64,000 nucleotides of DNA, from NCBI GenBank assembly GCA_042568575.1, contig JBHPIO010000003.1:63387-127386 (forward strand), given 5' to 3'. The translations under genes were made by a program, and so were the position numbers. The notes under the pieces are model-generated. The model did not search any database. It saw nothing but the letters and a program-made list of their open reading frames with translations, and was not told where the DNA came from. Below are positions 1 to 10,564 of the stretch, piece by piece. The DNA comes from Patescibacteria group bacterium (lineage in GTDB: Bacteria > Patescibacteriota > Gracilibacteria > UBA1369 > PNNO01). Positions within the stretch are counted from its first letter, which is position 1, and each line of letters starts with the position of its first letter.

Positions 1-2491
1 GACAAAGCATGCAACCTTCTGCAATTTGGAGCTGAGTTTTGCATTCAGGGCAAGCTTTGCTGTCCATAATTTCGTGCTTTGTGAGTACAGCTGTTTTAGT
101 CCGTGTCTTCATTTCAGGTTGCATAGCAGCCTCTGTAGCAACACTTACGCCACCACCAACATGTTTATGTTCTCTTTGTGGTTGAATCGGAGGAAGTGTG
201 AACTCTTCAGCTGGTGTACTAGCTGCCTCCATCCTTATAGATTGTTCATTTGTTGTTTTAGGTTCGTTATCATCAAGCGGGATCTGGTGTTGTCTTTCTG
301 CTGTCTGTGGCATTTCTGGTAGAGCAACCTCCTGCGCTTGAACTTTTGGAGTTTCCGGTGTTGGTTCAGGGGTTGGAGCTGCAGGTTTTTCTGCTGCAGG
401 AGCAGGAGCAGGAGCAGGCGTAGGAGCTCTTTCAGTTTTCGCTTTCTTATTAACCTTTCCGATGTTTAAAACTTGTCCTTCACGACTCTTATCTCTGTAA
501 ATTGTCACACCTTTACATTTTAATTTGTAAGCAAGCATGTACGAGTCCTCAATATCTTTCATTGTAGCTTCTGTAGGGAAGTTGATAGTTTTTGATACTG
601 ATGAATCAACATGTTTCTGGAACGCACCTTGCATTTTTAGATGCCATTCAGGCGCAATATCTTGCGCAGTTACAAATACGTCTCTTATTTCCTGTGGAAT
701 TTCATCGAAGTCTTGAATTGATCCAACTTTTGCGATTTCTCTCATAAGATCTTTTGAGTAGAAACCTACGTCTATTGCAAGTTCTTCAAAATATTTATTA
801 GTGTAAACAAGCTCTGTCCCGTCCATTACGTTCTTAATGAATGAGATTGCGAAGTTTGGCTCAAGTCCTCCAGAAGCTTCAGCAAGCATTCCAATTGTTC
901 CAGTTGGAGCAACAGTTGTAACGCATGTATTTCTCATCCTAACGCCATTTTTTTCGTGGGTTGAACCCTCATAAGCTGGGAACACACCTCTGTCTTCAGC
1001 AAGCATTTTTGATTTATTGCATGCTTCTTCATTAATGAATCCCATAACTTTTTCACCAAAGGCAATTCCTGCGTCGCTATCGTATTTAATACCAAGTTGA
1101 TATAAAACATCCGCAAATCCCATCAAGCCAAGTCCAATTTTTCTTGTTGATCTTGTTTTTTCAGCGATTTTTTCAATAGGATAATGGTTTGCATCGATAA
1201 CGTTGTCCAGGAATTGAGTTGCTAAGTGAACAACTTCCTTTAAAGCTTCCCAATCAAGGTCTGATTTATCTTCTATTACGAATTTGTTTAGGTTTATTGA
1301 TCCAAGATTACAGCTCTCATGAGCTAGAAGTGGTTGTTCTCCACATGGGTTTGTAGCCTCAATTTCTCCAAGTTCTGGTGTTTTATTGCACCTATTAATT
1401 TCGTCAATAAAGATAAGTCCCGGGTCACCGTTTTTCCAAGCATTTGAAACGATAATATCGAATACCATGCGAGCTTTTAACTTTTGTAGTGGTTCTCCGT
1501 CACGTGGATTGATAAGGTCATATTCTCCATTATTTTCAAGCGCTTCCATGAATTTATCTGTAACTGCAACAGAGATATTGAAGTTTTGAAGTGTTTTCAT
1601 GTCAGACTTCATGCTAATAAAGTCTAAAATATCCGGATGATCAATTCTTAGAATTCCCATATTGGCCCCACGTCTCTTTCCTCCTTGTTTAATTACATCA
1701 GTAGCTGCATCAAATACCTTCATGAATGAGATAGGTCCTGAAGAAACGCCTGTTGTTGAGTGAACTATATCGTTAGCTGGTCTTAGTTTGCTGAATGAAA
1801 AACCTGTTCCTCCTCCGCTTTTATGAATTAAAGCGGCGTCTTTTAATGAGTCAAAGATGCCTTCCATAGAATCTTGAACTGGAAGAACGAAACATGCAGA
1901 TAATTGTCCAAGTTCTGTTCCTGCGTTCATTAAAGTTGGAGAATTTGGCATGAATTTAAGATCTTTCATCATTTCATAGAATTTTTCTTCCATCTCTTTT
2001 ACGTCTCCTCCGTAATTTTCTTCTGCTGCTGCTATTCCTCTTGCTACTCTGTGTAGAAGATCTTCGGGTGTTTCAACTATGTCTCCTGAATCGTCTTTTA
2101 ATAGGTACCTTCTTTCTAGTACCTTTAGTGCATTTGTTGAGAAGTTAAGTGATGCATCTCCTTTTCCTTTTCCCAGAATTGCTTCCTTTTCTGCTCTTTC
2201 TTCTGCTCTTTTTTGTCTGTATATAATGTATGCCTTTGCTGTTTTTGCGTGTCCTCCTTCAATAAGAATCTTTTCTACTAAATCCTGAATTTGCTCAACA
2301 GTTGGAACTTCGCTGTCGTCTTTAAAGAATACTTCCAAAACTGCGGCAACTTGATTAGAAATCTTTTCAGCTTCGCTTCTATCGTTACCACCAACAGATT
2401 GTGCGGCTTTCCATATTGCTTCTGCTATTCGTTCTTGGTCGAAATCTACTACTCGACCATCTCTTTTTTGAATTTTCTTGATAGAGGACAT
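1..2491 (-). CDS. nrdJ: Class II (adenosylcobalamin-dependent) ribonucleotide reductase with N-terminal ATP cone; 3' end runs off the window
   Basis: Missing from the ORF track because there is no stop inside the window. Manual translation from ATG 2491: MSSIKKIQKRDGRVVDFDQERI (ATP cone), FMPNSPTLMNAG, QLSACFVL, GGGTG, QGGKRRGANM, ATNPCGEQPL...ESCNLGSINL, TVAPTGT, and C-terminal CPEC...EGCMLC. Confidence 0.95.
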   Translation of the reverse strand, partial: MSSIKKIQKRDGRVVDFDQERIAEAIWKAAQSVGGNDRSEAEKISNQVAAVLEVFFKDDSEVPTVEQIQDLVEKILIEGGHAKTAKAYIIYRQKRAEERAEKEAILGKGKGDASLNFSTNALKVLERRYLLKDDSGDIVETPEDLLHRVARGIAAAEENYGGDVKEMEEKFYEMMKDLKFMPNSPTLMNAGTELGQLSACFVLPVQDSMEGIFDSLKDAALIHKSGGGTGFSFSKLRPANDIVHSTTGVSSGPISFMKVFDAATDVIKQGGKRRGANMGILRIDHPDILDFISMKSDMKTLQNFNISVAVTDKFMEALENNGEYDLINPRDGEPLQKLKARMVFDIIVSNAWKNGDPGLIFIDEINRCNKTPELGEIEATNPCGEQPLLAHESCNLGSINLNKFVIEDKSDLDWEALKEVVHLATQFLDNVIDANHYPIEKIAEKTRSTRKIGLGLMGFADVLYQLGIKYDSDAGIAFGEKVMGFINEEACNKSKMLAEDRGVFPAYEGSTHEKNGVRMRNTCVTTVAPTGTIGMLAEASGGLEPNFAISFIKNVMDGTELVYTNKYFEELAIDVGFYSKDLMREIAKVGSIQDFDEIPQEIRDVFVTAQDIAPEWHLKMQGAFQKHVDSSVSKTINFPTEATMKDIEDSYMLAYKLKCKGVTIYRDKSREGQVLNIGKVNKKAKTERAPTPAPAPAPAAEKPAAPTPEPTPETPKVQAQEVALPEMPQTAERQHQIPLDDNEPKTTNEQSIRMEAASTPAEEFTLPPIQPQREHKHVGGGVSVATEAAMQPEMKTRTKTAVLTKHEIMDSKACPECKTQLQIAEGCMLC

Positions 2492-2679
2492 GATAATAAA
2501 TAAAGTTAGGAAACAGAGAGGGGGGCAAAAACAAAGATACCAACAAGGATCTTTAATTTTTATCCTGTCCTAGAAAGCCTAAAATCTAGGTATGAGCGCT
2601 GATTGAATGTTGCAATCCGACTATAGTCCCATCGTGGTATGGAGTGCAATATAAAAAAAGAAACTTTAGTTGCGGAGTT

Positions 2680-2788
2680 TAGGTATATGTAGTGTATTTA
2701 TTTTAAGGGCATACCATATGTAGTAAGCAATTGTTAAAAATTGATGAAGAAAACAGGATAAATCGAGGTCGAAAAGTACATATAGTGA
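2680..2788. promoter_or_regulatory. Three NrdR-box-like sites upstream of nrdJ
   Basis: TAGGTATATGTAGTGT (2680), ATACCATATGTAGTAA (2711) and AAAGTACATATAGTGA (2773) resemble the NrdR consensus acaCwAtATaTwGtgt; offsets are 31 and 62 bp. Confidence 0.65.
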
Positions 2789-2933
2789 ATAGGTGATTTT
2801 TGAACAAAAAAGTTGTACAAAAAGAGGGTAAAAAGTGGATTTGGTGGCTGGGGCTAAAAGAATTTCAATATTTGTATTTGACGGGAGTGGGAAATGATGT
2901 ATTATATGAGTAGATGTATTATAATTTTTTAAT

Positions 2934-3667
2934 ATGACTGATGAAAAAAAGGTGAAATACTAAGAAATTTAGGAGCAATTGATTTTGGAGAAGGAAGTGT
3001 TGAAGAGGTTCCGGAATCGGAAGAAGTTACACCAGATGAAGGAGAAGGTGGGGAAGTTAAAGAAATTAGACACGGAGACGAAAGTGTTAAACCTAAAGTT
3101 GATGCATTAATTGTAGGTACACTAGAAGATCTTGATAATAAACCGGCAGTGCTGGAAAAGGAGGAGCATGTTGTTGAAGCTGCTGTAGATGAAGAAGGGT
3201 GTACTTTATATTTTGAGCCGGGTCATTATCAAATACCTGCTGCAGATTTTCCTGAATTGAATCAACGTATAAAAGAGCAGGTTGTTAAGGGGTTTGAAGA
3301 TGTGAGTTTTGTAAAAAAGAATATAACGGCTCCTTTTGCAGGGTATTCTGTTGCATCCGAATCAGATTATGATTGTGAAACTGCTTCTTACAGCACAAGA
3401 ACAACTCTAATTGAAGTAAATGGAAATAGATATTTTGTAGTTTATAATTATCCTGGTAGTTCAGGGCATAGAAAAGCTGATACTGGATGTAGAACAGCCT
3501 GGGGAGAAAAAGCTTTTAAAGCAACAGAAGAAGATTGGCGAGAAACATTTTTGAAGCGTTCGCTTATTCCTGCTACAAAATTACAGGACAATGAAAGAGT
3601 TGTTGAGTGTCATAAAAAGGCAATGGAACTTAATGGAAGGTCGCAGAGGGTAGACGTTAGGATGTAA
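2934..3667 (+). pseudogene. Acidic hypothetical protein apparently frameshifted in an A7 run (or sequencing error)
   Basis: ATG 2934 frame stops after 9 codons. One extra A in the run 2944-2950 joins it to the frame open 2945-3667, giving MTDEKKGEILRNLGAIDFGEGSVEEVPESEE...PAVLEKEEH. Confidence 0.55.
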
Positions 3668-3707
3668 AAGTGGTATAATAGTATAATGAAAACTAAAACA
3701 AAACAAA

Positions 3708-4889
3708 ATGCCTCCAGAGAAACCACAAAAAAGGGTTGAATCTAAAGAAGCAAAGGAAGCTTTGAAGCAAGAAGCAATGAAGGCTTGCGGAAAGCTTTGC
3801 CTGAAATATCATCAGGATCATGCAAGTGGGTATAACATGGATAGTTTGCCAAAGGATAAAGCTTTATATACGCTCTTTCGCAAGTTTTTTAAGTCTAAGT
3901 ACTGGCCTGTTTTACCACAACATTTCAAAAATGTATTAGTTCATAGATATTTGTATGTCCGAATGATGGTTGAACTTGGATCAAAGCCAAAAATTCGAAA
4001 ATTTGTTAAGGAATTTCAGCCTGGAGTTAAAGGACAGATGCTTGCTGATAGCAATTTTGATGTTCTTCACGCAAAGCTTAAAAACAGTTCTTCATTTGCA
4101 GTATTAGAAGAATCAGATCTTCAATTTGCATTAGAAACTGTTTCTAATGTTGCTGATGTACTAGGTAGAATTCCTAGTGGTGGTAAATGGGGTGCAATGG
4201 CGCAACGAGATATGGGTGCTATGAAAATTGCAGATAAAATCGACGATCAAGTTGCTGCTCCAAGACTTCGAAAAGGGCTTCGTAAGGTTGCAAGGAATAT
4301 TATTAGAATAATGCAATTAAGAGCAGCGAAAACAGCAGAAAGAAAAGAAAAACAAAAATCTTTCGATAAACATGAGGAATCGTATAAAAAACAACTTGAA
4401 AGTGTAGATAAAACACCAGAAGGAAAGCAAGTTAGAGCAGGTGTTTGGAAGCTAATTAAAAGTAAGGTTTCAGCTGGGGAATTTTCACGTATAAAATATA
4501 GAATTGATTTTACTCAACCATTTAGCAAACTGTTATATGAATTGCGTTTAATACTTTTAACAGAAAACAATGGACGTGTTAAAAAACAAATGGATGCAAT
4601 AGCACGTCAAAGTGGATTAGGTGGGAAAAAACGTGAAGAATATGGAAGAATGAATAAGAAACTAAGTTTAGATATCTGGAAAGCTATAGAAAAAAATACT
4701 TCGAAAACTCCAAAAACGCAGAAGTTTTTTAAACAAATGTTCCAGAATCTTAAAAACAGAGATTACAGAATCAATGTCTATACACGACCTTTATTTGACT
4801 CACAACCAAGACAGACTAAACAGAAAAAACGAATCGAGTTCGAAAATGATATGTATGAACATGACAAATTAGATCGCGATAAAGTTTAA
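3708..4889 (+). CDS. Hypothetical Lys/Arg-rich protein
   Basis: 393-aa ORF, TATAAT boxes just upstream, no recognisable motif. Confidence 0.75.
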   Translation: MPPEKPQKRVESKEAKEALKQEAMKACGKLCLKYHQDHASGYNMDSLPKDKALYTLFRKFFKSKYWPVLPQHFKNVLVHRYLYVRMMVELGSKPKIRKFVKEFQPGVKGQMLADSNFDVLHAKLKNSSSFAVLEESDLQFALETVSNVADVLGRIPSGGKWGAMAQRDMGAMKIADKIDDQVAAPRLRKGLRKVARNIIRIMQLRAAKTAERKEKQKSFDKHEESYKKQLESVDKTPEGKQVRAGVWKLIKSKVSAGEFSRIKYRIDFTQPFSKLLYELRLILLTENNGRVKKQMDAIARQSGLGGKKREEYGRMNKKLSLDIWKAIEKNTSKTPKTQKFFKQMFQNLKNRDYRINVYTRPLFDSQPRQTKQKKRIEFENDMYEHDKLDRDKV

Positions 4890-5386
4890 AGCGCTTTCGC
4901 TATTTTCTTTCCAAATTTGTATGAAGCACGCGGTCCACTGGCTGTGATGACTTTTCCGTCAATGCAGACATCTTTCCCGGTATAATCTGCTCCTAGTCCA
5001 AGTAGTTCTTCACGTGCACCTTCCCATGAAGTAACTTTTTTGTCTTGAAGGATTCCAGCATGTCCTAAAATTAACGGTGCGATGCAGATTGCGGCAACAA
5101 TCTTTCCTTCTTCATAAAATGCTTGAGCGAGGTTAAGTGCTTTTTCGTTATTGAAGTAGACCTTTGCACCGCTTCCTCCAACAAAAACTATTCCATCGTA
5201 ATCGGTAGTTGCATCGGCTACTAGAACATCAATATGAACCGTTGTTTTATCGATACCGCTTACGGCTTCTGTTTGAGTGCTTGCAACCGTAACTTCCACG
5301 CCTTTCTTTTCAAGACTTTCTCGTGTTTGGAAATATTCTTCATCGCGAAAATTCTCTGGTGCGATGATCATTATTACTTTTTTCAT
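4886..5386 (-). CDS. DJ-1/PfpI family protein
   Basis: FRDEEY, YDGIVFVGGSGA, VAAICIAP nucleophile elbow, VITASGP. Confidence 0.92.
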   Translation of the reverse strand: MKKVIMIIAPENFRDEEYFQTRESLEKKGVEVTVASTQTEAVSGIDKTTVHIDVLVADATTDYDGIVFVGGSGAKVYFNNEKALNLAQAFYEEGKIVAAICIAPLILGHAGILQDKKVTSWEGAREELLGLGADYTGKDVCIDGKVITASGPRASYKFGKKIAKAL

Positions 5387-5487
5387 TTTAGTGAGTTTTA
5401 ATGAAGTATTTATATTTTAAATGAATGCAGAGCTATCCTCAATAAGTAAATTTTGGTATAATGGTATGTAGTGTTTAAACAAAAAAC

Positions 5488-6849
5488 ATGGCTACAAAAA
5501 AATCAAAAAAGGAGCATAAAGAAAAAATCGAAATAGTTTTTCCAAAAGATTTTATGTGGGGGACTGCGATGTCTTCGCATCAGGTTGAAGGTGGAAATAT
5601 GTATAACGATTGGTGGGCTTGGGAGCAGGAAGGTAAGGTGCTGAATAGGCAGGTTTCTGGTGATGCTTGTGATCATTATCATCTGTATAAAAAAGACTTT
5701 GATATGATGCAAAAGATGCATCATAATACGCACCGTCTTTCTATTGAATGGAGCCGTATTGAGCAAAAAGAAGGGGAATTTAATAAGTATGAGATTCAAC
5801 ATTATCGAAAGGTTCTGGAGGATTTACGATCAAAAGGAATCCAGCCTGTTGTTACTTTGTTTCATTTCACTTTACCTCACTGGTTTGCAAAAAATGGAGG
5901 GTTTTTACAGAAGGATGCGCGCAAGATTTTTAATAGATTTGTTAAGAGAGTAGTTAATGAGCTTGGTGATCTTGTTGATTATTGGATAACTGTTAACGAG
6001 CCTTATGTTTACGCGAATTTTGGTTATTGGGAGGGCGTTTGGCCTCCAGGGAAAAAGAGTATTTTTAAGACCTTAAAGGTGTTGAAGCAACTTATCTATG
6101 TTCATATTGATTCATACAAGTCGATCAAGGAACTCTATAAAAAACAACATTGGAAAAATCCTCAGGTTGGATTTGCAAAGAACTTTATCTGGTTTGCTCC
6201 ATATAAGAAAGAGACTTTTCTAAGCAAGCTTCTTACCAGGTTTTATCATTACAATTATAATAAAGTTTATTTTAGGCCGTTTTACAGTGGTCGTTTCCCG
6301 CTTATTTTAGGTTTTGGGAAGATTCCTGAAGCAAAAGAAAGTCTGGATTTTGTGGGGATGAATTATTACTTTCAGTGCAGCTGTACATACACTTCCATTA
6401 AATCGCCGTTTCATTTAAGGGAGCATTTTTCTCCTGATCAAGAGAGGACGCTTTTTAACTGGGAGGTTAACGCGGAAGGCTTGTATCACGTTTTGAAGCT
6501 TATTTATCTAAAGATTAAAAAGCCTATTTTGATTACAGAGAATGGAATTTCGACGTTAGATGATAATCAACGAACTTCATATATTATTCGTCATCTTGAT
6601 GCAATTAACAGAGCAATACGAGATGGTGTTGATGTTAAAGGATATTTGTATTGGTCGTTTATTGATAATTTTGAATGGGCAGAGGGATATAGTCAGTTTT
6701 TTGGATTGAATGCTATGAATCAACGTACTTTTGAACGTACACCTAAACCGAGTGCACAGGTTTATGCGGAAATTTGCAAGACTGGCAAAATCACGGACAA
6801 CATGCTTAAAAAGTATGCCAAAGATCTTCACGATAGGGATATAAAGTAA
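5488..6849 (+). CDS. Glycoside hydrolase family 1 (beta-glucosidase-like)
   Basis: FPKDFMWGTAMSSHQVEG, RLSIEWSRI, TVNEP (acid/base), ITENG (nucleophile), WSFIDNFEWAEG. Confidence 0.95.
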   Translation: MATKKSKKEHKEKIEIVFPKDFMWGTAMSSHQVEGGNMYNDWWAWEQEGKVLNRQVSGDACDHYHLYKKDFDMMQKMHHNTHRLSIEWSRIEQKEGEFNKYEIQHYRKVLEDLRSKGIQPVVTLFHFTLPHWFAKNGGFLQKDARKIFNRFVKRVVNELGDLVDYWITVNEPYVYANFGYWEGVWPPGKKSIFKTLKVLKQLIYVHIDSYKSIKELYKKQHWKNPQVGFAKNFIWFAPYKKETFLSKLLTRFYHYNYNKVYFRPFYSGRFPLILGFGKIPEAKESLDFVGMNYYFQCSCTYTSIKSPFHLREHFSPDQERTLFNWEVNAEGLYHVLKLIYLKIKKPILITENGISTLDDNQRTSYIIRHLDAINRAIRDGVDVKGYLYWSFIDNFEWAEGYSQFFGLNAMNQRTFERTPKPSAQVYAEICKTGKITDNMLKKYAKDLHDRDIK

Positions 6850-8511
6850 TTATTTCATAATCGCTCCGGTGTGCGCGCTAGTTACTAGTCTAGCGTACCT
6901 ATTTAGATATCCCTTGGTTATTTTAGGTTCGAATTCCGGGAGTCCGTTAAGTCGCTCTGCAAGTTCTTCGTCAGACAATTTAACTTCGATAATGTGATTC
7001 GGAATATCGAGATGAATGATGTCCCCGTCTCGAAGTGCTGCAATTGGGCCGTTCTCTGCTGCTTCCGGGCTTATATGTCCAATACAGGCTCCACGAGTAC
7101 CTCCAGAGAAGCGCCCGTCAGTTATTAAGGCTACTTTCTTGCCAAGTCCCATTCCTACTATATTTGCTGTTGGAGATAGCATTTCCGGCATTCCAGGTCC
7201 GCCTTTTGGCCCTTCGTATCTAATAACAACAACCGCACCTTCTTTAACTTCTCCGTTTAGAATTCCTTGGCATGCTTCTTCCTGAGAGCCGAATATAATC
7301 GCAGGGCCTTCAAATTCCATCATTTCAGGATCTACTCCTCCGCTTTTAACAACAGATCCGAGAGGGGCAAGGTTTCCAAACAGGAATGCTAACCCTCCTG
7401 TTTCGCTATATGCATTATCTAGTGTGTGAATAATTTCTGGGTTTGTTATCTCAGCGTCTTGAATATTTTCACCAAGTGTTTTTAAAGTGACTGTTTTTCT
7501 ATCAAGCTTTAAAAGGTCTTTTTTGGAAAGTTCTTTCAGGATAGCCGAGATTCCACCAGCATTTAGTACATCTTCAACGTGAATATCAGGCGCTGAGGGG
7601 CTTACTTTACAAATATATGGAGTTTTATCAGCAAGTTCGTTTACACGTTTGATGTCGTAATCTATGCCAGCCTCGTTCGCGATTGCGAGTGTGTGTAGAA
7701 CTGTATTTGTTGAACCACCCATTGCCATGTCGAGGATGAATGCGTTGTCGATTGCATCGTGAGTTACGATGTCGCGTGGTTTTAAATCTTCTTTAACAAG
7801 TTGCACGATTTGTTTTCCTGTTTTTGTAGCAAGTTCTTTACGTTCTTCGCTTACAGCAAGGTATGTCCCGTTTCCAGGAAGACCTATCCCAAGCGCTTCT
7901 GAGAGGCAGTTCATTGAATTTGCTGTGAACATTCCTGCGCAAGAACCACACCCGGGACATGCACTTACCTCGAGTTCCTTTAATTCTTCCTCCGACATTT
8001 TGTTTGCTTTAAATTTGCCCACGCCTTCAAATGCTGTAACAAGATCTACAGATTTTCCGTTAACTTTACCGGCTTTCATAGGGCCGCCAGAAAGCATGAT
8101 TGTTGGGATATTTGTGCGGACTGCAGCCATCATCATTCCTGGAACGATTTTGTCGCAACTTGCTATGCAAACCATTCCATCCAGTCTGTGCGCTTCAACT
8201 ACAGTTTCAACTGAATCGCAGATAAGCTCGCGCGAAGGGAGAGAGTAATGCATCCCAAGATGCCCCATCGCAATTCCATCATCAACACCAATTGTATTGA
8301 ATTCAAAAGGAACACCACCTGCATCTCGAATGGCTTTCTTTACTATTGCACCGATTCTGTTTAGATGGATGTGGCCAGGAACAATATCGATATAAGAGTT
8401 AGCAATGCCAATAAACGGTTTATCGAAATCGTCGTCCTTTAAACCGCATGCACGTAAAAGACTTCTATGAGGAGTTCGTTCGAATCCTTTTTTAACTTCA
8501 TCAGAACGCAT
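6850..8511 (-). CDS. ilvD: Dihydroxy-acid dehydratase
   Basis: [69 protein letters not shown]. Confidence 0.95.
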   Translation of the reverse strand: MRSDEVKKGFERTPHRSLLRACGLKDDDFDKPFIGIANSYIDIVPGHIHLNRIGAIVKKAIRDAGGVPFEFNTIGVDDGIAMGHLGMHYSLPSRELICDSVETVVEAHRLDGMVCIASCDKIVPGMMMAAVRTNIPTIMLSGGPMKAGKVNGKSVDLVTAFEGVGKFKANKMSEEELKELEVSACPGCGSCAGMFTANSMNCLSEALGIGLPGNGTYLAVSEERKELATKTGKQIVQLVKEDLKPRDIVTHDAIDNAFILDMAMGGSTNTVLHTLAIANEAGIDYDIKRVNELADKTPYICKVSPSAPDIHVEDVLNAGGISAILKELSKKDLLKLDRKTVTLKTLGENIQDAEITNPEIIHTLDNAYSETGGLAFLFGNLAPLGSVVKSGGVDPEMMEFEGPAIIFGSQEEACQGILNGEVKEGAVVVIRYEGPKGGPGMPEMLSPTANIVGMGLGKKVALITDGRFSGGTRGACIGHISPEAAENGPIAALRDGDIIHLDIPNHIIEVKLSDEELAERLNGLPEFEPKITKGYLNRYARLVTSAHTGAIMK

Positions 8512-8554
8512 ATTTAAAAATGATCAATAATAAGTTGATCAAATAATCTCACAT

Positions 8555-10435
8555 TTAAACGTTTGCGTAAATCCGTCTTCCTTGAGCGTCGCGATAATTA
8601 TTGTGATGCCATCCTTCGCGGTAGTATGTTTTTCCTAAGAAGAAACTGGCTTGTAGTTTTTCATCGAGATATCGCCTGTTTCTGATTGCGAGTTTATCGT
8701 TTTGGCTTAAGTTGTCTACTGCGATTATGTAGTAGGATTTCATTACTCTTAAGTATTCTTTGAGTTTTGCCTCTCTTAATTCTGGGCTTAACCTTGCTAT
8801 TTTGCGGACATGACTTGCACGTAGCCATGCACTTTCTTTTGAGTTCCATATTCTTCTTTTTATAGATCGAGAACTTAGTTTTTTTTCTGCAGCTTGTTTA
8901 ATTAAATCTGTAAAAAATCGGAATTGATAGTTTTCCATTTGTTCTGATTTTGTTTTTCGTTTGTCTTCATCGAGTAAAGCTAAATTATATACTGTTCGTG
9001 GTTTTATATAGCACATAACTTTGTCATACCTTGTCCATCTGCCGTTGAATCTGAATCTATTACTTGTAAGGCGTTTTCCATTTTCTGTTATAGCGACATC
9101 TTGTGCGCCTCCTGTGTTGTGAGGAGATCCGCCTCCTGGTGCAACCCACTTTCTGTTTTCTGCATGTGCAGCTTTAAGGAGTCTTGCTTCTGACCATTTT
9201 GGATGCTTTTTTTTGAGTTTCGCATACCTCCTGTCTAAACCAATCTTATACCATCTTGCTTGTTTGGCGGCTGGTCTATGGCCAGATCCAATATGAAATT
9301 CGTATCTGTTCCCAGTTTTTGCAGATAAAAGTTGTAAATATCGTTTATACATCCCATGGCACAAAGCAACAGGAGCTCTTAGTTTTTGACCTCCGCTTCC
9401 TGGAAATTCAACCATTGAATCACGTGGATGGCGTTTTAGTCTTTTTCTCATTGCTATGAGTTCTGCCATGCTGTTTACTTTTTTGATTTCCCTCCATTGC
9501 CTGAGGAATTCTGCTCTTCGCATAGGCTTGTCAGCATATTCGCCTGTAGAAGGGAGTCGTAGTTTTTTTGATGGTGCATCATCTAATGCTAATTTTTTTC
9601 GTGGGGCTTTAGTACGTTTTCTTGGGCCAACTCTACCAGCTTCCCTTTTTTGAGTAGGTATCCTCCCAGTTTCTGCTTTCTGGCTTCTTGTAAACCCTGT
9701 TCGAGATGTGTTTATCAAATTATCCCAATCTGTTTCTATTGGGAGACCTTTTTTCTTAAGTTCTGCTTTTGTTAGAATTTTGGTTGGAGTAAGGACTGCC
9801 CAATAAACTGCGGCATATCCTTTTGAATCTTCCCAATAGAAATGTCCGTCTGCGCCACGTACTGCGTATCCGCTTTTACCTTTGCCTTTTTCTAGGTTTT
9901 TTACGTACAATTTTGTGATCCCTGGTTGTCTTGCTGTTAAAGCTTTAAGTCCGATGCTTCTATATGCTGCTCCACATAAATTTAGATTGATTTCGGTTGG
10001 TTCTCCAAGTTTATACTTACTTCCAAACTTCATGTCTCTGTAAATGTCCAGTTTGTCGTGTCTTGATATTGATCTGCCAAATAATCTTCTTAATGCTCCA
10101 GGTTGTTTTTTGAGTCCTTCAATTAGCTGTTCGGCAGATAATCCACTTACTGTTCTTTTGATGGATTTGCCTGTGGCATTCTTTTTTATTGCTACACCAA
10201 ATGCTTTTTTGAATTTTTCTTTTTCCGGGGCGGTAAACTGATATTCCCAATTACTTCTTTTAGTTCCTTCTGGATGCTGGATTGTACCTTTTAATCTTTG
10301 ACGATGAAGTTTTATTCGCGCTTTCACAACAGCTTCACTACCTTTTTTTCGGGTAGCTTGAGTTGTTTCATCCACATTCTTTAATAGAGATGAAACCTTT
10401 TTTACCAAATCGACAATGCCTTTACGGATATCCAT
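8555..10435 (-). CDS. Very basic protein with an M15-type (VanX/VanY-like) D-Ala-D-Ala metallopeptidase domain
   Basis: SGHRP...Q, SPHNTGGAQDV (SxHxxGxAxD) and distal EGWHH (ExWH). Start probably ATG 10435; the ORF track begins at 10486. Confidence 0.7.
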   Translation of the reverse strand: MDIRKGIVDLVKKVSSLLKNVDETTQATRKKGSEAVVKARIKLHRQRLKGTIQHPEGTKRSNWEYQFTAPEKEKFKKAFGVAIKKNATGKSIKRTVSGLSAEQLIEGLKKQPGALRRLFGRSISRHDKLDIYRDMKFGSKYKLGEPTEINLNLCGAAYRSIGLKALTARQPGITKLYVKNLEKGKGKSGYAVRGADGHFYWEDSKGYAAVYWAVLTPTKILTKAELKKKGLPIETDWDNLINTSRTGFTRSQKAETGRIPTQKREAGRVGPRKRTKAPRKKLALDDAPSKKLRLPSTGEYADKPMRRAEFLRQWREIKKVNSMAELIAMRKRLKRHPRDSMVEFPGSGGQKLRAPVALCHGMYKRYLQLLSAKTGNRYEFHIGSGHRPAAKQARWYKIGLDRRYAKLKKKHPKWSEARLLKAAHAENRKWVAPGGGSPHNTGGAQDVAITENGKRLTSNRFRFNGRWTRYDKVMCYIKPRTVYNLALLDEDKRKTKSEQMENYQFRFFTDLIKQAAEKKLSSRSIKRRIWNSKESAWLRASHVRKIARLSPELREAKLKEYLRVMKSYYIIAVDNLSQNDKLAIRNRRYLDEKLQASFFLGKTYYREGWHHNNYRDAQGRRIYANV

Positions 10436-10564
10436 TTTTTTGTTTTTATATCCCAATATTATACCAGAAAATGGACGAAAATGCACTTTGTTTTACTGCT
10501 TTGTTCGTAAGTCTTCCATAAACAGCATTCTTATGCTATAATTATAGGAAAATAATTAAAAAAA

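Noticed and set aside
395-425. (GCAGGA)n hexamer repeat as a contingency locus
   Set aside because: In-frame coding repeat for the PAPAPA linker of NrdJ; length changes would not shift the frame.
26-2503. Several short ORFs from the track (26-322, 934-1116, 1386-1589, 2079-2288, 2291-2503)
   Set aside because: Shadow frames of nrdJ on the minus strand.
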